64,000 nt of DNA from Eledone cirrhosa (GCA_964016885.1 OZ024746.1:5456001-5520000), one strand, 5' to 3'. Positions 43,685 to 57,867 are shown, counted from the stretch's first letter. Numbers and translations are program-made. The notes: generated by a model from the letters alone, not told the origin.

Positions 43685-44720
43685 TGTTGTTGTTGTGATA
43701 GCATGATTAATAAGGGTACCTACTATTGATTCTTATCTAAAGTTCTTCTATAACTAGATACCTTTTATATGAAAAAGAAGAAGGAAAGCAAAAAAAATGA
43801 AGAGATGAATAAAAAACAACAACAACAAAAACTGATGATGACGACGATGACGATGATAGTGATAATGATGATGACGGTGATGATGATAGTGATGATAGTG
43901 ATGATGATGATGATGATAGTGATGATAGTGATGATGATGATGATGATGATGACGGTGATGATGATGATGATTACGATCATGTTAATAATTGCTTTTTAAA
44001 GATGGGGATGATTACGATGGTACGATGAATATGACAATAATAATAACAATAATAATAACAATAATAATAACAATAATAATAACAATTATGATAAGACGGT
44101 ATGGAGGAAAGAAGAAGAAATTAGAGAAAATAAGATCGAACAAATTTGTGGCTGTCCTGATATGGAGGTGCTCTAATCAGCTATCGATCTTTCAATCTGT
44201 ATAGAACACAGAATTAGTGAGCGTTAGAAAGGTCAAGTTGAAATCAATAACATTTTAACATTGTACTTAGTATGTTATGATTTGTTTTAATGTTTTTTTT
44301 CTTCTTCTTTAAACAATGACGATTATAACTTCCTGGTAACCCTACCAAATTTGATCCTAATTTATATAGAAGCTCTCAGGCTGAAACTATAAACGTCAGT
44401 CATGTAGTTGACTATGTGGCTGTTGATTATGTTGTTGTTGTTGCTGTTGACGGGGTGGTGGTAGTGATGGGGTGGGGGTGGTGGTGTTGGTGGGGGTGGT
44501 GGCGGTGTGTTGGTGTTGGTGATGGTGGTGGTGATGGTGGTGGTGGTGGTGGTGTTGGTGTTGGTGGTAATAGTAGTAGTGGTAGTGGTGGTGATGATGG
44601 TGGTGGCAGTAGTGGTAGTAGTAGTGGTGGAAGTAGTGGTAGTGGTGGTAATGGTCATGGTAGTGGTAGTAGTGGTGGTAGTAGTATTAGTATTAGTAGC
44701 AGTAGTAGTAGTAGTAGTAA
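43602..44720. repeat. Cluster of trinucleotide repeats (TAG)n, (GAT)n, (AAT)n, (GGT/AGT)n
   Basis: Tracts at about 43602-43697, 43833-43970, 44035-44085 and 44430-44720. Confidence 0.9.
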
Positions 44721-44892
44721 TAGTGTTTTTTTAAATTCTAAACATATTCCAATTGTTGATATTTGTTAGATTTCAATATTTTCTTATTTAATTTCTTCAT
44801 ATATTTTGTAATAACGAACGTTGATATTTATATATTGTAATATATATATATATATATATTGTAATATACACACAAACACACACACACACACA

Positions 44893-44924
<32 letters not shown>

Positions 44925-45310
44925 AATACATAATCGGAGAAAGCTAATAGCGATACTCCGGCCAAATCCCAACTCACTCAACAAACATTAGGAAATACCT
45001 GAGTATATTCCCAATTAAACGTTCGGGGTGCTAACTAATTGTATTGTGTGGAAAATTGGCTGTATCATTTCATATGGGATATATCAATATATATATAAAT
45101 ATATATATATATAGTAAGGAAGCATCTAGGTGTGTATTAGTGAGTACGACTCTATGTATCTGTGTGTGTGATTGGATGTTCGTGTGTGATATATTCTTTA
45201 CATAATTCTGCATATTAATTTCTTCAAAGTATATTTCTGGCATTCTTTCCAATACTGTTTTCAGTGATTATTTTTTCTATAATCACACACGCACACACAT
45301 ACATGCGTAT

Positions 45311-45419
<109 letters not shown>

Positions 45420-45525
45420 AATTAGTATATATACTAAATATATATACAGAGGCATACCTATGCTAGCAAATATATAGGTTTTGTCTTAGTAACCTTTGGT
45501 TCAATTCAAGGGGATGCAGAACAAT

Positions 45526-45996
45526 TATATGAAAGACGTAAAATAAGAAAATTATAAAAATTAACTTACTTACTAAAATTTCACTCCAACTAATTAGTTT
45601 CTGAAAGGGAATAAACATGGCTTTCAAATGGAAAGCATGGCGAAGCCGTTTCGTCATCAGGAAGTCTGTTCTCAGCTAAGTTACCTGGCGATGCGTGGAC
45701 ACAGGGAATTTATACAAAAATAATTCAGTGGATCGCAAAAAGCCAGCGTGGACTAAATTCCAAGACATTGAACAAATGTCCGCACTTGCTTTTTTCCATC
45801 CACTGAATTAATTTTGTATAAATTCCCTGTGTCCACGCATCGCCAGGTAACTTAGCTGAGAACAGACTTCCTAGGGACGAAACGGCTTCTCCATGCTTTC
45901 CATTTGGAAACCATGTTTATTCCCTTTCAGAAACTAATTAGTTGGAGTGAAATTTTAGTAAGTAAGTTAATTTTTATAATTTTCTTATTTTACGTC

Positions 45997-46005
<9 letters not shown>
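45526..46005. mobile_element. Large fold-back palindrome (about 228-bp arms, about 24-bp spacer)
   Basis: 45526-45753 is the reverse complement of 45778-46005; identical translated ORFs on opposite strands confirm this; each arm holds a partial hammerhead-like core. Confidence 0.9.
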
Positions 46006-46037
<32 letters not shown>

Positions 46038-46233
46038 TTTATTTAGGTTTGTTGGTTCACCACTGGATAGAACTGGTTATTCCATATAGTCAACCTCGAT
46101 GTAATATTATGGAGAGCACTCAACGTAATGCAACTCACCCGTCTTCGTTTGTGTAGTTGGTGGTGCTAGTACGGAGTTAATTATTATAAGATAACAGGAG
46201 GCTGGACTGGTGTAATTCCTTAAAAGGTTTATT

Positions 46234-46291
46234 ATACTATGATCATTTCCGTGACCGGGTTCAGTATGAGCCCGGTGATATCATCAGGTAT
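46234..46291 (-). ncRNA. Minimal type-I hammerhead ribozyme
   Basis: ATAC-CTGATGA-tatcACCGGGctcatactgaaCCCGGTcacg-GAAA-TGATCA-TA^GTAT; palindromic loop III; inside the TA-flanked insert at about 46036-46400. Confidence 0.7.
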
Positions 46292-46718
46292 TCGAAATTT
46301 AACAAAGGAATATAATAGACAAAATCCATGGGGCTGAAAAGCAGAGACAAGAGGGTGGCCGAGCATTTAGCAGCTTCTAGCCCGGTCAGCCGCCCTCAAT
46401 ATATATATATATATATATATACTTGGGTAGGGTCATATTGTTGTAATAATATTGCCAGAATTAATAACAGAACATATATATATATATATATATATATTAA
46501 TAAAAGGAATTCCAACTTTGTCTGATTTACTCGTTTTATTTACAATCCTTTAAAATTATAATGATATTATAATGAAATAGTATGGTAGAATACTAAATGT
46601 TAAGTGTTAATTGAACAAGTACTTTCATGCTTTCGCAATCTTCAGGTTCCTATTCTGTGGTGACAGTCGTCAAGTTTGCAATTTTCGAATGTGAAATATA
46701 TATACATATATATATATA

Positions 46719-46968
46719 TCTGTATGTGGTTGACAGCTGAGTGAAAGGAGTACTCAATATATATATATATATATATATCTGTATGTGGTTGACAGCTGAG
46801 TGAAAAGAGTACTCAATACCGAAGTAAAGTTCAATATTCATTTTATTAAGGGTAAATAGTGAGTCTTTGTTACTCTGGAGTTTCACCTGTTTATCACCTG
46901 ACCGTATGATATGCAGGTAAAACTCCAAGGTAATAAGACTTACTATTTAGCCTTAATGAAATGAGTAT

Positions 46969-46970
<2 letters not shown>
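46719..46970. mobile_element. Fold-back PLE remnant, family V, with duplicated terminal 40 bp
   Basis: About 46836-46889 is inverted at about 46914-46968; the apex lies 5' of GAAA-CTCCAGAG-TA; tctgtatgtggttgacagctgagtgaaa occurs twice. Confidence 0.7.
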
Positions 46971-47001
<31 letters not shown>

Positions 47002-47412
47002 CTAGCAGAAAAAGCACCGAAGGGTGGTTTTCTGCTAGCATGTGTAGTGTGTATATTGATATTATACGCAAGTATATATACATGTAGATATGATACATCA
47101 AATAAAATCGTAATTGACAATATACACAGAAATTGAACGAAGACTGCGTTACACTGTCTTATGTAAGCAGTAACGTAATCCATGATACATTAAAAAAAGA
47201 CGATATTATATATAAACTGCATTAGGAGAAAATAAGTGACGGAAATATATGAATGTTTATTTAAGCGATCGCTAACCGGAAGTGTTGACATTGAAAGTTT
47301 TTTAAAGAAGTGAATCTTAAAATAAGCAACAATATTATTTATATTTAATCAAGAATAACGAAATTTAGTAGATAAATTATGTAATATTCATTCATTATTT
47401 ATTCAAAGTAAG

Positions 47413-47600
47413 GGTGGTGGATTGGCAGTATCGGTAGAGGGTCGGACGCCATGCTTTCCAGCATAATTACGTTCCTTTACGATCTGAGTTCAAATCCCGC
47501 CGAGGTTGACTTTGCCTTTCATCCTTACTGGGTCGACAAAATAAAGTACCAGTAATGCACTGGGTATTGGTAGCCTTGTGCCTAAAGTAGAAACAATTAT
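47413..47600 (+). mobile_element. SINE family B with 18-bp TSD
   Basis: attatttattcaaagtaa at 47394-47411 and 47596-47613. Confidence 0.9.
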
Positions 47601-48771
47601 TTATTCAAAGTAATCCAACTTATTTTACAAACGGATAAAAAAAAAAATATTCTGGACGCAGTCCCGCACTCTTTACTTTATCATAGTTTAGATAGTGTAA
47701 ATTAATATTTTAGCAGAACTAACTTCGTGTCCAGTCTCAGCCAATTCACTTAAGCCAAATAATAGCCTACCGTGATGTTTGATTGACAGAAAATTTGAGA
47801 GATATTTTACACTTTACCAGTGTTTCGCTTATTGTACTATTTACTAGATTTTCTAAAGCTATAGTTTACAGCATGTTATCTGTATGTGAATGTATAACTT
47901 GATAGAAGTAATATACTGTAACAGTAAAACGAAAGGGTTAAGTCTCTTCATGTATATTCCGTACGTTAATGACGGCCTGCATATGTAAAAGACGTTTTAA
48001 GTCTATATATCCCAATAATGGATACAAAACACACATATGAATTAGTAACCACACACTACCGCCTATATAAACGAGACACATTATAGATAATAGAAGAATA
48101 ATTGGCAGAGGACGAGAAAACATATTACAAATTACACTTACTCTCCAACAACCACAGACCATAATGTGTCTAGAGGTTATTCAGTACAGATAGTACGTTA
48201 TATATATTTTATGTACGACGCCTACATACACGTCAATTACATATCCATTGAATGGGAATCCACTACGGAGGATATTGTAATATGAAATATGATGGATATA
48301 AGAGGACGCTAATACAGACTTAATTATACTGTTGAGTTAATAACGATAGAAGTTGAAAGAGAAAAAAATCACTTTCAATGAGAACTACGCTATTTTCTGC
48401 CACTATTTACATATTGAAGAATTGTTAGTAGAATCCGAATACTTTGGCATACATATTTTAAGACTGTCTGTCTTGCGCTTTTAGTCCGGCTGTTTCTGTA
48501 TTTCCCGACCCCTCTACTCTCTCTTTTTGTCAAACAGCTAACGTAAGGGATATGGGTACACATACCCGCACACACAAATACACATAAATGTTTATATATA
48601 TATATATATATATTTTATATATATATACATATATATATATTATATATATATATTTTATATATATATACATATATCTATATATTATATATATTATATATAT
48701 TATATATATATTATATATATTATATATATAATATATATATATATTATATATATTTATATATATATATATAT

Positions 48772-48853
<82 letters not shown>

Positions 48854-48886
48854 GTATATATATATGTATGTATTTATGAATATACG

Positions 48887-48917
<31 letters not shown>

Positions 48918-49012
48918 GTGTGTGTCTGTGTGTGTATTCAAATACATAGACAGTGAAATACACAAATACGCACGTAATATATATAGTGGTAGAACACTGG
49001 AAGGGTCCATTA

Positions 49013-49050
49013 CGAGCTGAGGATCCGCTAAGGTGAAACAATTGTTCTAG
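49013..49050 (+). ncRNA. Minimal hammerhead ribozyme, family W (core intact, stem I decayed)
   Basis: cgag-CTGAGGA-tccgctaaggt-GAAA-CAATTG-TT^ctag; preceded by an inverted copy of the family's 3' end at 48986-49002. Confidence 0.55.
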
Positions 49051-49102
49051 GTATGGTGCACTAAATGTTGTGTAACCACTTCTATATATACATATATATA
49101 TA

Positions 49103-49207
49103 GGGAAAGAATCCTGACTCTTTTCCTATTACCAACTCTTCTACCCTAAATATCGAGTACTCTGGTGCGTTATGGTCCACCTGGTTCCTTACCACACTTC
49201 CTTTGTT
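49103..49207. mobile_element. Family X fragment in reverse orientation
   Basis: Reverse complement of the first about 95 bp of 57299-57536. Confidence 0.8.
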
Positions 49208-49395
49208 ATATATATATATATTGAAATGTAGGAATCCCATATGTAAAGAATAACTGTAACCGCAGTCAATCGCTTTAACAATAGCATAGAACATTGGTTA
49301 GAAAACGATCAACAGCCGCAACGAGGAACCAACTCCGGACCGCTCTAAAGTATTGAGCTAACAACTTCCAGCTTAAAAAGAAATCTAAACGAATA

Positions 49396-50150
49396 TCTTC
49401 TTCTTCTTCTTCTTCTTCTTCTTCTTCTTCTTCTTCTTCTTCTTCTTCTTCCAATTATTTCCGAGAAGGTTGTGGGGGCAGATACCTCAGACTCTCCTGT
49501 TGTGGGAGCAGATACCTCAGACTCTCCTGTTGTGGGAGCAGATACCTCAGACTCTCCTGTTGTGGGAGCAGATACCTCAGACTCTCCTGTTGTGGAGGAA
49601 GATACCTCAGACTCTCCTGTTGTGGGAGCAGATACCTCAGACTCTCCTGTTGTGGAGGAAGATACCTCAGACTCTCCTGTTGTGGGAGCAGATACCTCAG
49701 ACTCTCCTGTTGTGGGAGCAGATACCTCAGACTCTCCTGTTGTGGGAGAAGATACCTCAGACTCTCCTGTTGTGGGAGCAGATACCTCAGACTCTCCTGT
49801 TGTGGGAGCAGATACCTCAAACTCTCCTGTTGTGGGAGCAGATACCTCAGACTCTCCTGTTGTGGGAGCAGATACCTCAGACTCTCCTGTTGTGGGAGCA
49901 GATACCCCAAACTCTCCTGTTGTGGGAGCAGATACCTCAAACTCTCCTGTTGTGGGGGAAGATACCTCAGACTCTCCTGTTGTGGAGGAAGATACCTCCG
50001 ACACTCCTTCCAGCAGGTCCAGTCAGAAGCAACTGTCTCCAACTGATACGGGTGGATCCCCAAGGAAGACCAGCCAAGCTTATCCTGTTGGTTTTGTCCA
50101 ATGATTCTATCCTGAGACATTCTAACCACATGCCCGTAATATCGGAGTTG
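49396..50150 (-). mobile_element. 3' end of an RTE/L2-like LINE with (AAG)n tail
   Basis: HVVRMSQDRI..LGIHPYQLETVASDWTCWKECRR..PQPSRK* followed by (GAA)n; homologous to 29250-29345. Confidence 0.6.
49469..50005. repeat. Minisatellite, 30-bp unit x about 18
   Basis: Unit gttgtgggagcagatacctcagactctcct in exact 30-bp register. Confidence 0.95.
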
Positions 50151-50449
50151 TGATCTCTCAATTCGGAAAAGTAGATTATTATTATTACTAAAACAGATTA
50201 AAAGTTTAAGTAAACAATTTCTTCTTCCCCCCTAAAGCGGGATCTTCTGAGATTGAGAATTATCGCTGGATTCAAGGGGAAATTTCCAATTACACCATTA
50301 AGTCGAGCAGGAAAACCAAATTCCTGCTATGAAAAAATCAGGCGAGTCATTTTCTTTGTAGAGTAATCGAATATTTTCCAGCTACCATATATGGGAAACA
50401 ATATTAATAGACATAATGTGATTAAATATAAAAAAACTGATGGTACTAG

Positions 50450-50890
50450 TAATTGTTTCTACTTTTGCCACAAGGCCAGCAATTATCCCAGTGTATTACA
50501 GGTACTTTATTTTATCGACCCCTTAAGGATGAAAGGCAAAGTTAACCTCGGTGGAATTTGAACTCATACCATAAAGGGCCGTAACTCTTTGCTGCAAAGC
50601 ATGGCGTCCGACCCTCTACCGATAAGCCAATCCACCACCCTAATGGTATTAATAATATAGGTAATAATAATGATTTCTAGTATAGGCACAAGGTCAGTCA
50701 TTTGAAGAGGAAGAGAAAGTCGATTAAATCGACTCCAGTACATTACTGGTGCTTTATTATATCGTCCTTGTAAGGATGAAACGCAAAGCTAACCTCGGCG
50801 GCATTTGAACTCAGATTGTAAACGACCGTAATTCTATGCCGCGAAGCAAGATGTCCGATGCTCTGCCGATACTGCCAATATACTGCTCTT
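50450..50890 (-). mobile_element. Two adjacent SINE family B copies (50450-50639 and about 50670-50890)
   Basis: Both contain ggatgaaa.gcaaag.taacctcgg.gg.atttgaactca. Confidence 0.85.
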
Positions 50891-51900
50891 TTGGGCCACA
50901 CAATGAAACGGAGGAGCGCGGAAACAAATGTTGTTGTATGATAGAATTGTAAATTTGTGAGAACATACTAAGAATATTTCCTTTAACGCATTATATTGAA
51001 AGATATTTCCCGTTGTGCTAATGTCGCAGCTAGAAATTTACCGTTAGATTCTTCGGGTAAGAATTCATTAACAAAAAATATACGTTTTAGTAAATATTAT
51101 TTAAATGTCTGTTGAAATGATCAAAGCTATTTTGAAATAAACACATAATTAGACTATTTGCTGGAAATCAATATACTTGGCATTTATAAGAAAAAAACCG
51201 GAAAAAAACAGTTGTGTGGAACTTTAGATGGCTTAAAAATAGAGAGAACGAAAAAATCAAATATAAAAAAAAGGAGAAATAGGATGGGAAGAAAGTTAAA
51301 GAAAAAAGAATAAAAATCGACAATGATGGAGAAGAATTTCATTAAAAAATTCTTTATCGAAATATATTTGGCATATATATTCCTATGTCAAATATTCACA
51401 CACATATCAAACAGGAAATGTTTGAGTATGCCAAAAGCTAAAACAACACTTTAACTCGATTTATCCAATTCTGAGATACAAGAAATCTCATTCCACAATG
51501 GAAATATACTCTATAGAAAGTTTCAACTTACATTTATACTAAACATTACATATTAGTCCAATATTAATTTATTGTATATTTCTATACAATAAAAATAATC
51601 TCACAGCACTTATCTCTGCATTGTATTCTATGTGATATTGCGAAATATTTCAATATACCTTTTCATCATTAACATATACCATTATATTCTATACTTTACA
51701 TCATTATTTACACAACTTTTCCCCATCAATATATGATTCGAATGCTCTAAAGATTTTTTATATTTTACTTTTCTCTCTTCAAATTTCTTTCTGTTGTTCA
51801 CTCGTTTATAAAGAAACCGTTGTCTATTAAACAATCTTTTATAAATTGAAACATTTCTCCTTTGTTTTTTACCTTCGCGTTTCTATATTTTTTTTTTGTA

Positions 51901-52372
51901 ATGGCACTCCGTCGGATACGACGACGAGTATACCTGTTGATGCGATCAGCCTGCTCGCAAAATTAACGTGCAAGTGTCTGAGCATTCCACAGACACCCAT
52001 ACCTTCAACATAGTTCTCAGAGAGATTCAGTGTGACACAGAATGTGACAAGGCTGGCCTTTCGAATTACAGGTACAACTCATTTTTGCCAGCTGAATGGA
52101 CTGAAACAACTTGAAATAAAGTGTCTTGCTGAAGGACACAACGCGCCGCCGGGAATCTAACTCACGACCTTACGATCGTTAGACGAATACCCCTAACCAC
52201 ACAGCCTTCACACCTTGTGTCTATAACACACAATATTAATTGTTTCTACTTTTGGCATAAGGCCAGCAATTATCCCAGTGTATTACTGGTACTTTATTTT
52301 ATTGACTCCGTAAGGATGAAAGACAAAGTTAACCTCGGCGGGATTTGAACTCACATCATAAAGGGCCATAAT
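51901..52372 (-). mobile_element. SINE family A variant (51901-52215) and 5'-truncated SINE family B (52238-52372)
   Basis: aactcatttttgccagctga..aaataaagtgtcttgct..ctaaccac; then the family B tail and core. Confidence 0.8.
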
Positions 52373-52644
52373 TCTACCGATAGAGAAGTTTCTAAAAACT
52401 AATTTTGATCATTTTTATAGCCAACTCTTGAACTATTTACTTCCCTTTCGCCCACACCCTCTCCCTATATTTCTTCATTTATTTCCTTTTCTCCCAGTTC
52501 TAGCTGACAGTCGTTTAAGTTACCAGAGTTAATCTACAATTTCCCTGTCAGTGATAACTGTATCAATTTACAATTACTGATCATATGACGATTGTGATAT
52601 TTCAATGGCGCACAAATCACATTTATATAAATATATAATATTTG

Positions 52645-52715
52645 TAAGACTTACTACTGTCTGATGTAGTGTAATATTAAATACGGAAGAACATAATAAT
52701 AAATTCCCAGATTCC

Positions 52716-52810
<95 letters not shown>

Positions 52811-52885
52811 TTATATATGTATATATATAATGGAATCCGTGAATTTATTATATATATATATGTACACACACACACACACACACCT

Positions 52886-52920
<35 letters not shown>

Positions 52921-53002
52921 GTATATATGTAATGGAATCCGGGAATTTATTATTATGTTCTTTCGTATTTAATATTACGCTATATCAGACAGTCGTAGTC
53001 CT
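52645..53002. repeat. Inverted repeat (about 74-bp arms) enclosing microsatellites
   Basis: 52645-52718 approximates the reverse complement of 52930-53002; extra partial copy at 52829-52851. Confidence 0.75.
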
Positions 53003-53379
53003 TTTCTCACTTACACTCGCGTGGGACAGTCGTGTCTTTTCGTTCGATCACACGCTCTTGAACTTAAGTTCTGTTACCACTTTGGTCTTGGATTCTCTTG
53101 CCTGCAGTTGCTGCACATTCTTGAGTTTGTTGTTTTCTCTTTTCTTCCCCTTTTCTCTTCTATTTTCCTTCTCTCCCTCCTTCGTTTTCCCAATAACTTA
53201 CCCAGTTATTGAACGCTCTGGGTGGTAGATATATTGTCTTTAAAGCGTTAACATATCCGAGACCCCCAGTAGACAACTGATGAGGAAAACTCCCCACCCC
53301 CTCCGTTCTTGCTTTCTTCTTATTCTCATTCCATTTTTAAACCTAACTTAACTACCAGCTACACAGCCATTCTATTCTC

Positions 53380-53475
<96 letters not shown>

Positions 53476-54056
53476 CAAGGTCTAGCAAATAGGGAAACAG
53501 TTTTTAAAAAAACCCCAGTTGATGGATGTGAATCCGAAATATATAGGGACTATTAAATCTCTCCCAAGATAACTCTCTCTTGTGTTGTTATTTTTATTTT
53601 ATCCTTTATACTCTTCCCTTCATTCTACACATCTCACACATCTTATACCCACCACGCATCTCAACGTACACCCACTTACATCTCTCTCTCCACCACCGGA
53701 CCTTGTTACCCGGAGATTTACCCATTTGCATTGTCGAGGCTTCCAAACGACTTAAAGATATTTACTTATCGTTCCACAATGCTTCAAGCAAACTTCAATA
53801 CTCTTTTAAAAGGTTCGCTTTACTTACTATTTGTGAATTTACCGCGCGGTTTCGGTTCCCAAAATAAACGGATAATCCAAGCGGATTTTCATTGAGAAGG
53901 GGAATCTCGTCAGAAGGCTCTTCTCGCTCGGAGAATATAAAATTCCTGAGTTCAAATCACAAACTGGCGATATATATATATATATCAACTTTTTCAAATA
54001 CAAGTCGATGTTGAACGGTATGTCAAATCTATTTATCTATAAAACTGTCTATATTG

Positions 54057-54122
54057 TATTTTGTCTGAGGAAGGCATAACATATTGTTAATATGATATCC
54101 CTGAAATATATATAATGAAATA
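54057..54122 (+). ncRNA. Minimal type-I hammerhead ribozyme, family Y
   Basis: TATTTTGT-CTGAGGA-aggcata..tatccct-GAAA-TATATA-TA^ATGAAATA (8-bp stem I with two G.U pairs). Confidence 0.75.
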
Positions 54123-54162
54123 AATATGGTTTTATAAATATAGTTTCCATTTATTTAATATC

Positions 54163-54221
<59 letters not shown>

Positions 54222-54222
54222 C

Positions 54223-54410
<188 letters not shown>

Positions 54411-54457
54411 GTATAGTGGTAGCTATGGTGATTAAAATTTGCTCCGCACATAACACC

Positions 54458-54548
54458 CGTGTCTGAAAGAACCCGCAGAAATAGAATCAGCCAGATCCAT
54501 ACAAGGACCACGACTCGAGCTACATGCCGGCGAAACATTTGTAACACG
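54458..54548 (+). ncRNA. Hammerhead ribozyme with long stem II insert, family U
   Basis: CGTGT-CTGAAAGA-(about 61 nt)-GAAA-CATTTG-TA^ACACG; one extra A in the core. Confidence 0.65.
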
Positions 54549-54818
54549 AAATAAACTAAGTCCAGATGCATCACTGATTTTTCGTTTTCTTGATAATATA
54601 TATATATATATGGGGGGGGGGCTATTATTTCGGTCAATAATGATAATTCCGCTTCCTAACAAGACATATGACCAGTTATAGAGTGAAGTAAATCATGTAA
54701 ATTAAATACCTTTTACTTCTTATTTTATAGGTTTATCTACCATCTATATTGAATTTATTTTATTAAATTATCATAATTAAGTACATTCACATGTATATTG
54801 ACAGTTCACACGTGCTCA

Positions 54819-54873
<55 letters not shown>

Positions 54874-55289
54874 GTATGAATTTCTATATTGAATAATATC
54901 GACGGGATAACGACTGAAAATATATCAAAAGCATATATAATGAATATATTTTATTACCTTCTTCTTCTTCTTCTTCTTCTTCTTCTTCTCCACGTCCCTC
55001 TTAGCAATCGAGAAGTCAAACTATGTATAGCAAAGTCTAAAAAAAAAAAAAAAAAAAAATTTGACAATTTTATAATCGTGGGGTGGGGACGATTATTCAA
55101 GACCTGAGAGTACGTGAATTATTAACGGACGTAACCATGAAAACTCAATACTGAAATAGTGTTTAAATATTCATTTATTATGACTTGTTCCTCTGTAGTC
55201 TCACCTGCGTACTTACCAGACAAGACTGGTGTTACTGTCAGTGCGCAGGTGAGACTTTAGCATGACAAAAGCTAACCAATAGCCATAAT

Positions 55290-55357
<68 letters not shown>

Positions 55358-55422
55358 ATATATATGTATATATATTATTCGAAATATTAACAAATGAAAA
55401 ATATTCGCATAATCAAAATATA

Positions 55423-55489
55423 TACTTTATTATATATATTGCAGAGGTACTGTGTTGTTTTTTTCAATACGTCCTCATCAGACAAAATA
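55423..55489 (-). ncRNA. Hammerhead ribozyme, family Z (GAAA changed to GCAA, probably inactive)
   Basis: TATTTTGT-CTGATGA-ggacgtattg..cagtacctct-GCAA-TATATA-TA^ATAAAGTA; homologous to 40055-40121. Confidence 0.6.
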
Positions 55490-55577
55490 TATGATTTGAT
55501 ATATGACATACCGCTACGGTCTTGATTATTCAATTCCAGTATATATATATATATATATATGTATATATTTAGTTATA

Positions 55578-55756
55578 TAATAAACAACATAAGGCAATTA
55601 TTCCATTTACCAGTGGTTTCTTAAAAGCAAAAAATGTTGCTTTCAATCATCAGAATGAAAAAATCCTGGATTTTTTCATTCTGATGATTGAAAGCAACAC
55701 TTTTTGCTTTTAAGAAACCACTGGTAAATGGAATAATTGCCTTATGTTGTTTATTA
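55578..55756. mobile_element. Near-perfect palindrome (about 89-bp arms, 1-nt spacer)
   Basis: Centre aatcc-t-ggatt; each arm has CTGATGA-tt-GAAA-GCAA..TTGC-TT. Confidence 0.9.
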
Positions 55757-55919
55757 CATAACTATTAAGCTCTGTTACCTACATAGAGCACTCTTTTTAC
55801 CTGGACTTTTCCGACGGAATTACTTCATTCACACACACACATATATATATATATAGGAGATGAATAACAGTTTGTTACCAAATGCGAAGAAGGTCGATGC
55901 ATTAATCCCTTAGGAAAGG

Positions 55920-56295
<376 letters not shown>

Positions 56296-56384
56296 AATGA
56301 TATTACACAGCTCAGAAAAGCCTCTTTCTTTGAGGTATTTAATTGTAAGAGACTATTTTGAGTTTATAACCCAATATATACCTT

Positions 56385-56430
<46 letters not shown>

Positions 56431-56432
<2 letters not shown>

Positions 56433-56625
56433 CGAAGGAAATGTGGTAAGGAACCAGGTGGACCATAACGCACCAAAGTACTCAATACTTAGGGTAGTAG
56501 AGTGGGTAATAGGAACGAGTAGGACCCGACGGCTGAGCTCAAGCCGTTTCGACGGCTAATTCTGGACTCTAGAATTCTGAGTCCAGAAACTGCTTGAGCA
56601 CAGCCGTCGGGGTCCTACTCGTTCC
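56431..56625. mobile_element. Fold-back PLE-derived element, family X
   Basis: Near-identical to 15252-15457; apex altered; (TA)n flanks. Confidence 0.85.
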
Positions 56626-56657
<32 letters not shown>

Positions 56658-57298
56658 TTATCACTGTGCGAACGAAAGTTGAGTAGAGAATGCTAAAGAT
56701 AAGATGTTTTGTGTGTACAGGACTAATGGAAAGAAAGCTAATTCTGATGAGAGAATATGTGACAATAGAAATCTAGTCTGTTGATGAAGAGTGACAATCG
56801 TGTTGATATCTGCTGTTGGGTCTCGACCTTTCTATAACCTCACATCTGATTTCACTTGATCATTTCACTGTTAAAACCAATCAGATTATATCACACTCTT
56901 ATTCCCTCGCATTCTCCCTCTCTTCGTCCCTTCCAATCTCACTCATTATACACACACATGCACACACACATACTCACACACACACACACTCTCTCACCCA
57001 TACATACACATACACACACATACACACGCATACACACATATATATATGCATATGTATATTTAAGATATGTGTGTGCGTGTGTGTGTAAAAAGTAAACAGA
57101 AATAACAAATCAAACGACACAGTATATATAAATATATATATTTATAAGAAGAAATTAAAAGATGGTTAAATAAGTTCCATGAATTTTATTATGCGCATAT
57201 ATACTTCAGTCCAATAAACTGTTGAGTGCTACTTATCCGATATTTGCATTGCTACAATAAAACTCACCTCCTACACACACACACACATATATATATAT

Positions 57299-57536
57299 AA
57301 CGAAAGAAGTGTGGTAAGGAACCAGGTATACCGTAACGCACCAGAGTACTCGATACTTTGGGTAGTAGAGGGGGTAATAGGAAAAGAGTCAGGACCCCGA
57401 CAGCAGAGCTCAAGATGTTTCGACGACTATTTCCGGACTCTATTTCTGGAGTCTATTTCCGGACTCTATTTCTGGAGTCCAGAAATAGCCGTAGAAACGG
57501 CTTGAGCTCTGCCGTCGGGGTCCTGACTATTTTCCT
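57299..57536. mobile_element. Fold-back PLE-derived element, family X, with duplicated apex
   Basis: ctatttccggactctatttctggagt occurs twice at the hairpin centre. Confidence 0.85.
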
Positions 57537-57750
57537 AAATATATATATATATATATATTCTTTTAACTCATTTGATTAAGTCAGCAGATTGCGATAATGC
57601 TGGGCACGACCTCACTTCGATCGATTCAAATCTGTGAATTATTTGTCAAGTTTGGTACTTATTTTATAGATCTTCTTTTGTTGAACCGCTGATGTTACAC
57701 GTACATGCGCAGAAACACACAGAGATACATACTCACACAAACACACAGAT

Positions 57751-57867
<117 letters not shown>

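Noticed and set aside
44362-44769. Gly/Ser-, Thr- and Val-rich ORFs
   Set aside because: Products of (GGT/AGT)n trinucleotide repeats.
47938-48575. Possible second PLE relic (IPYV and VYIG motifs on the - strand)
   Set aside because: The motifs are short and separated by unalignable sequence.
49345-50153. Four 210-227 aa repeat ORFs (mucin-like)
   Set aside because: They are open on both strands because the 30-bp unit lacks stops, and they lie inside a LINE 3' end.
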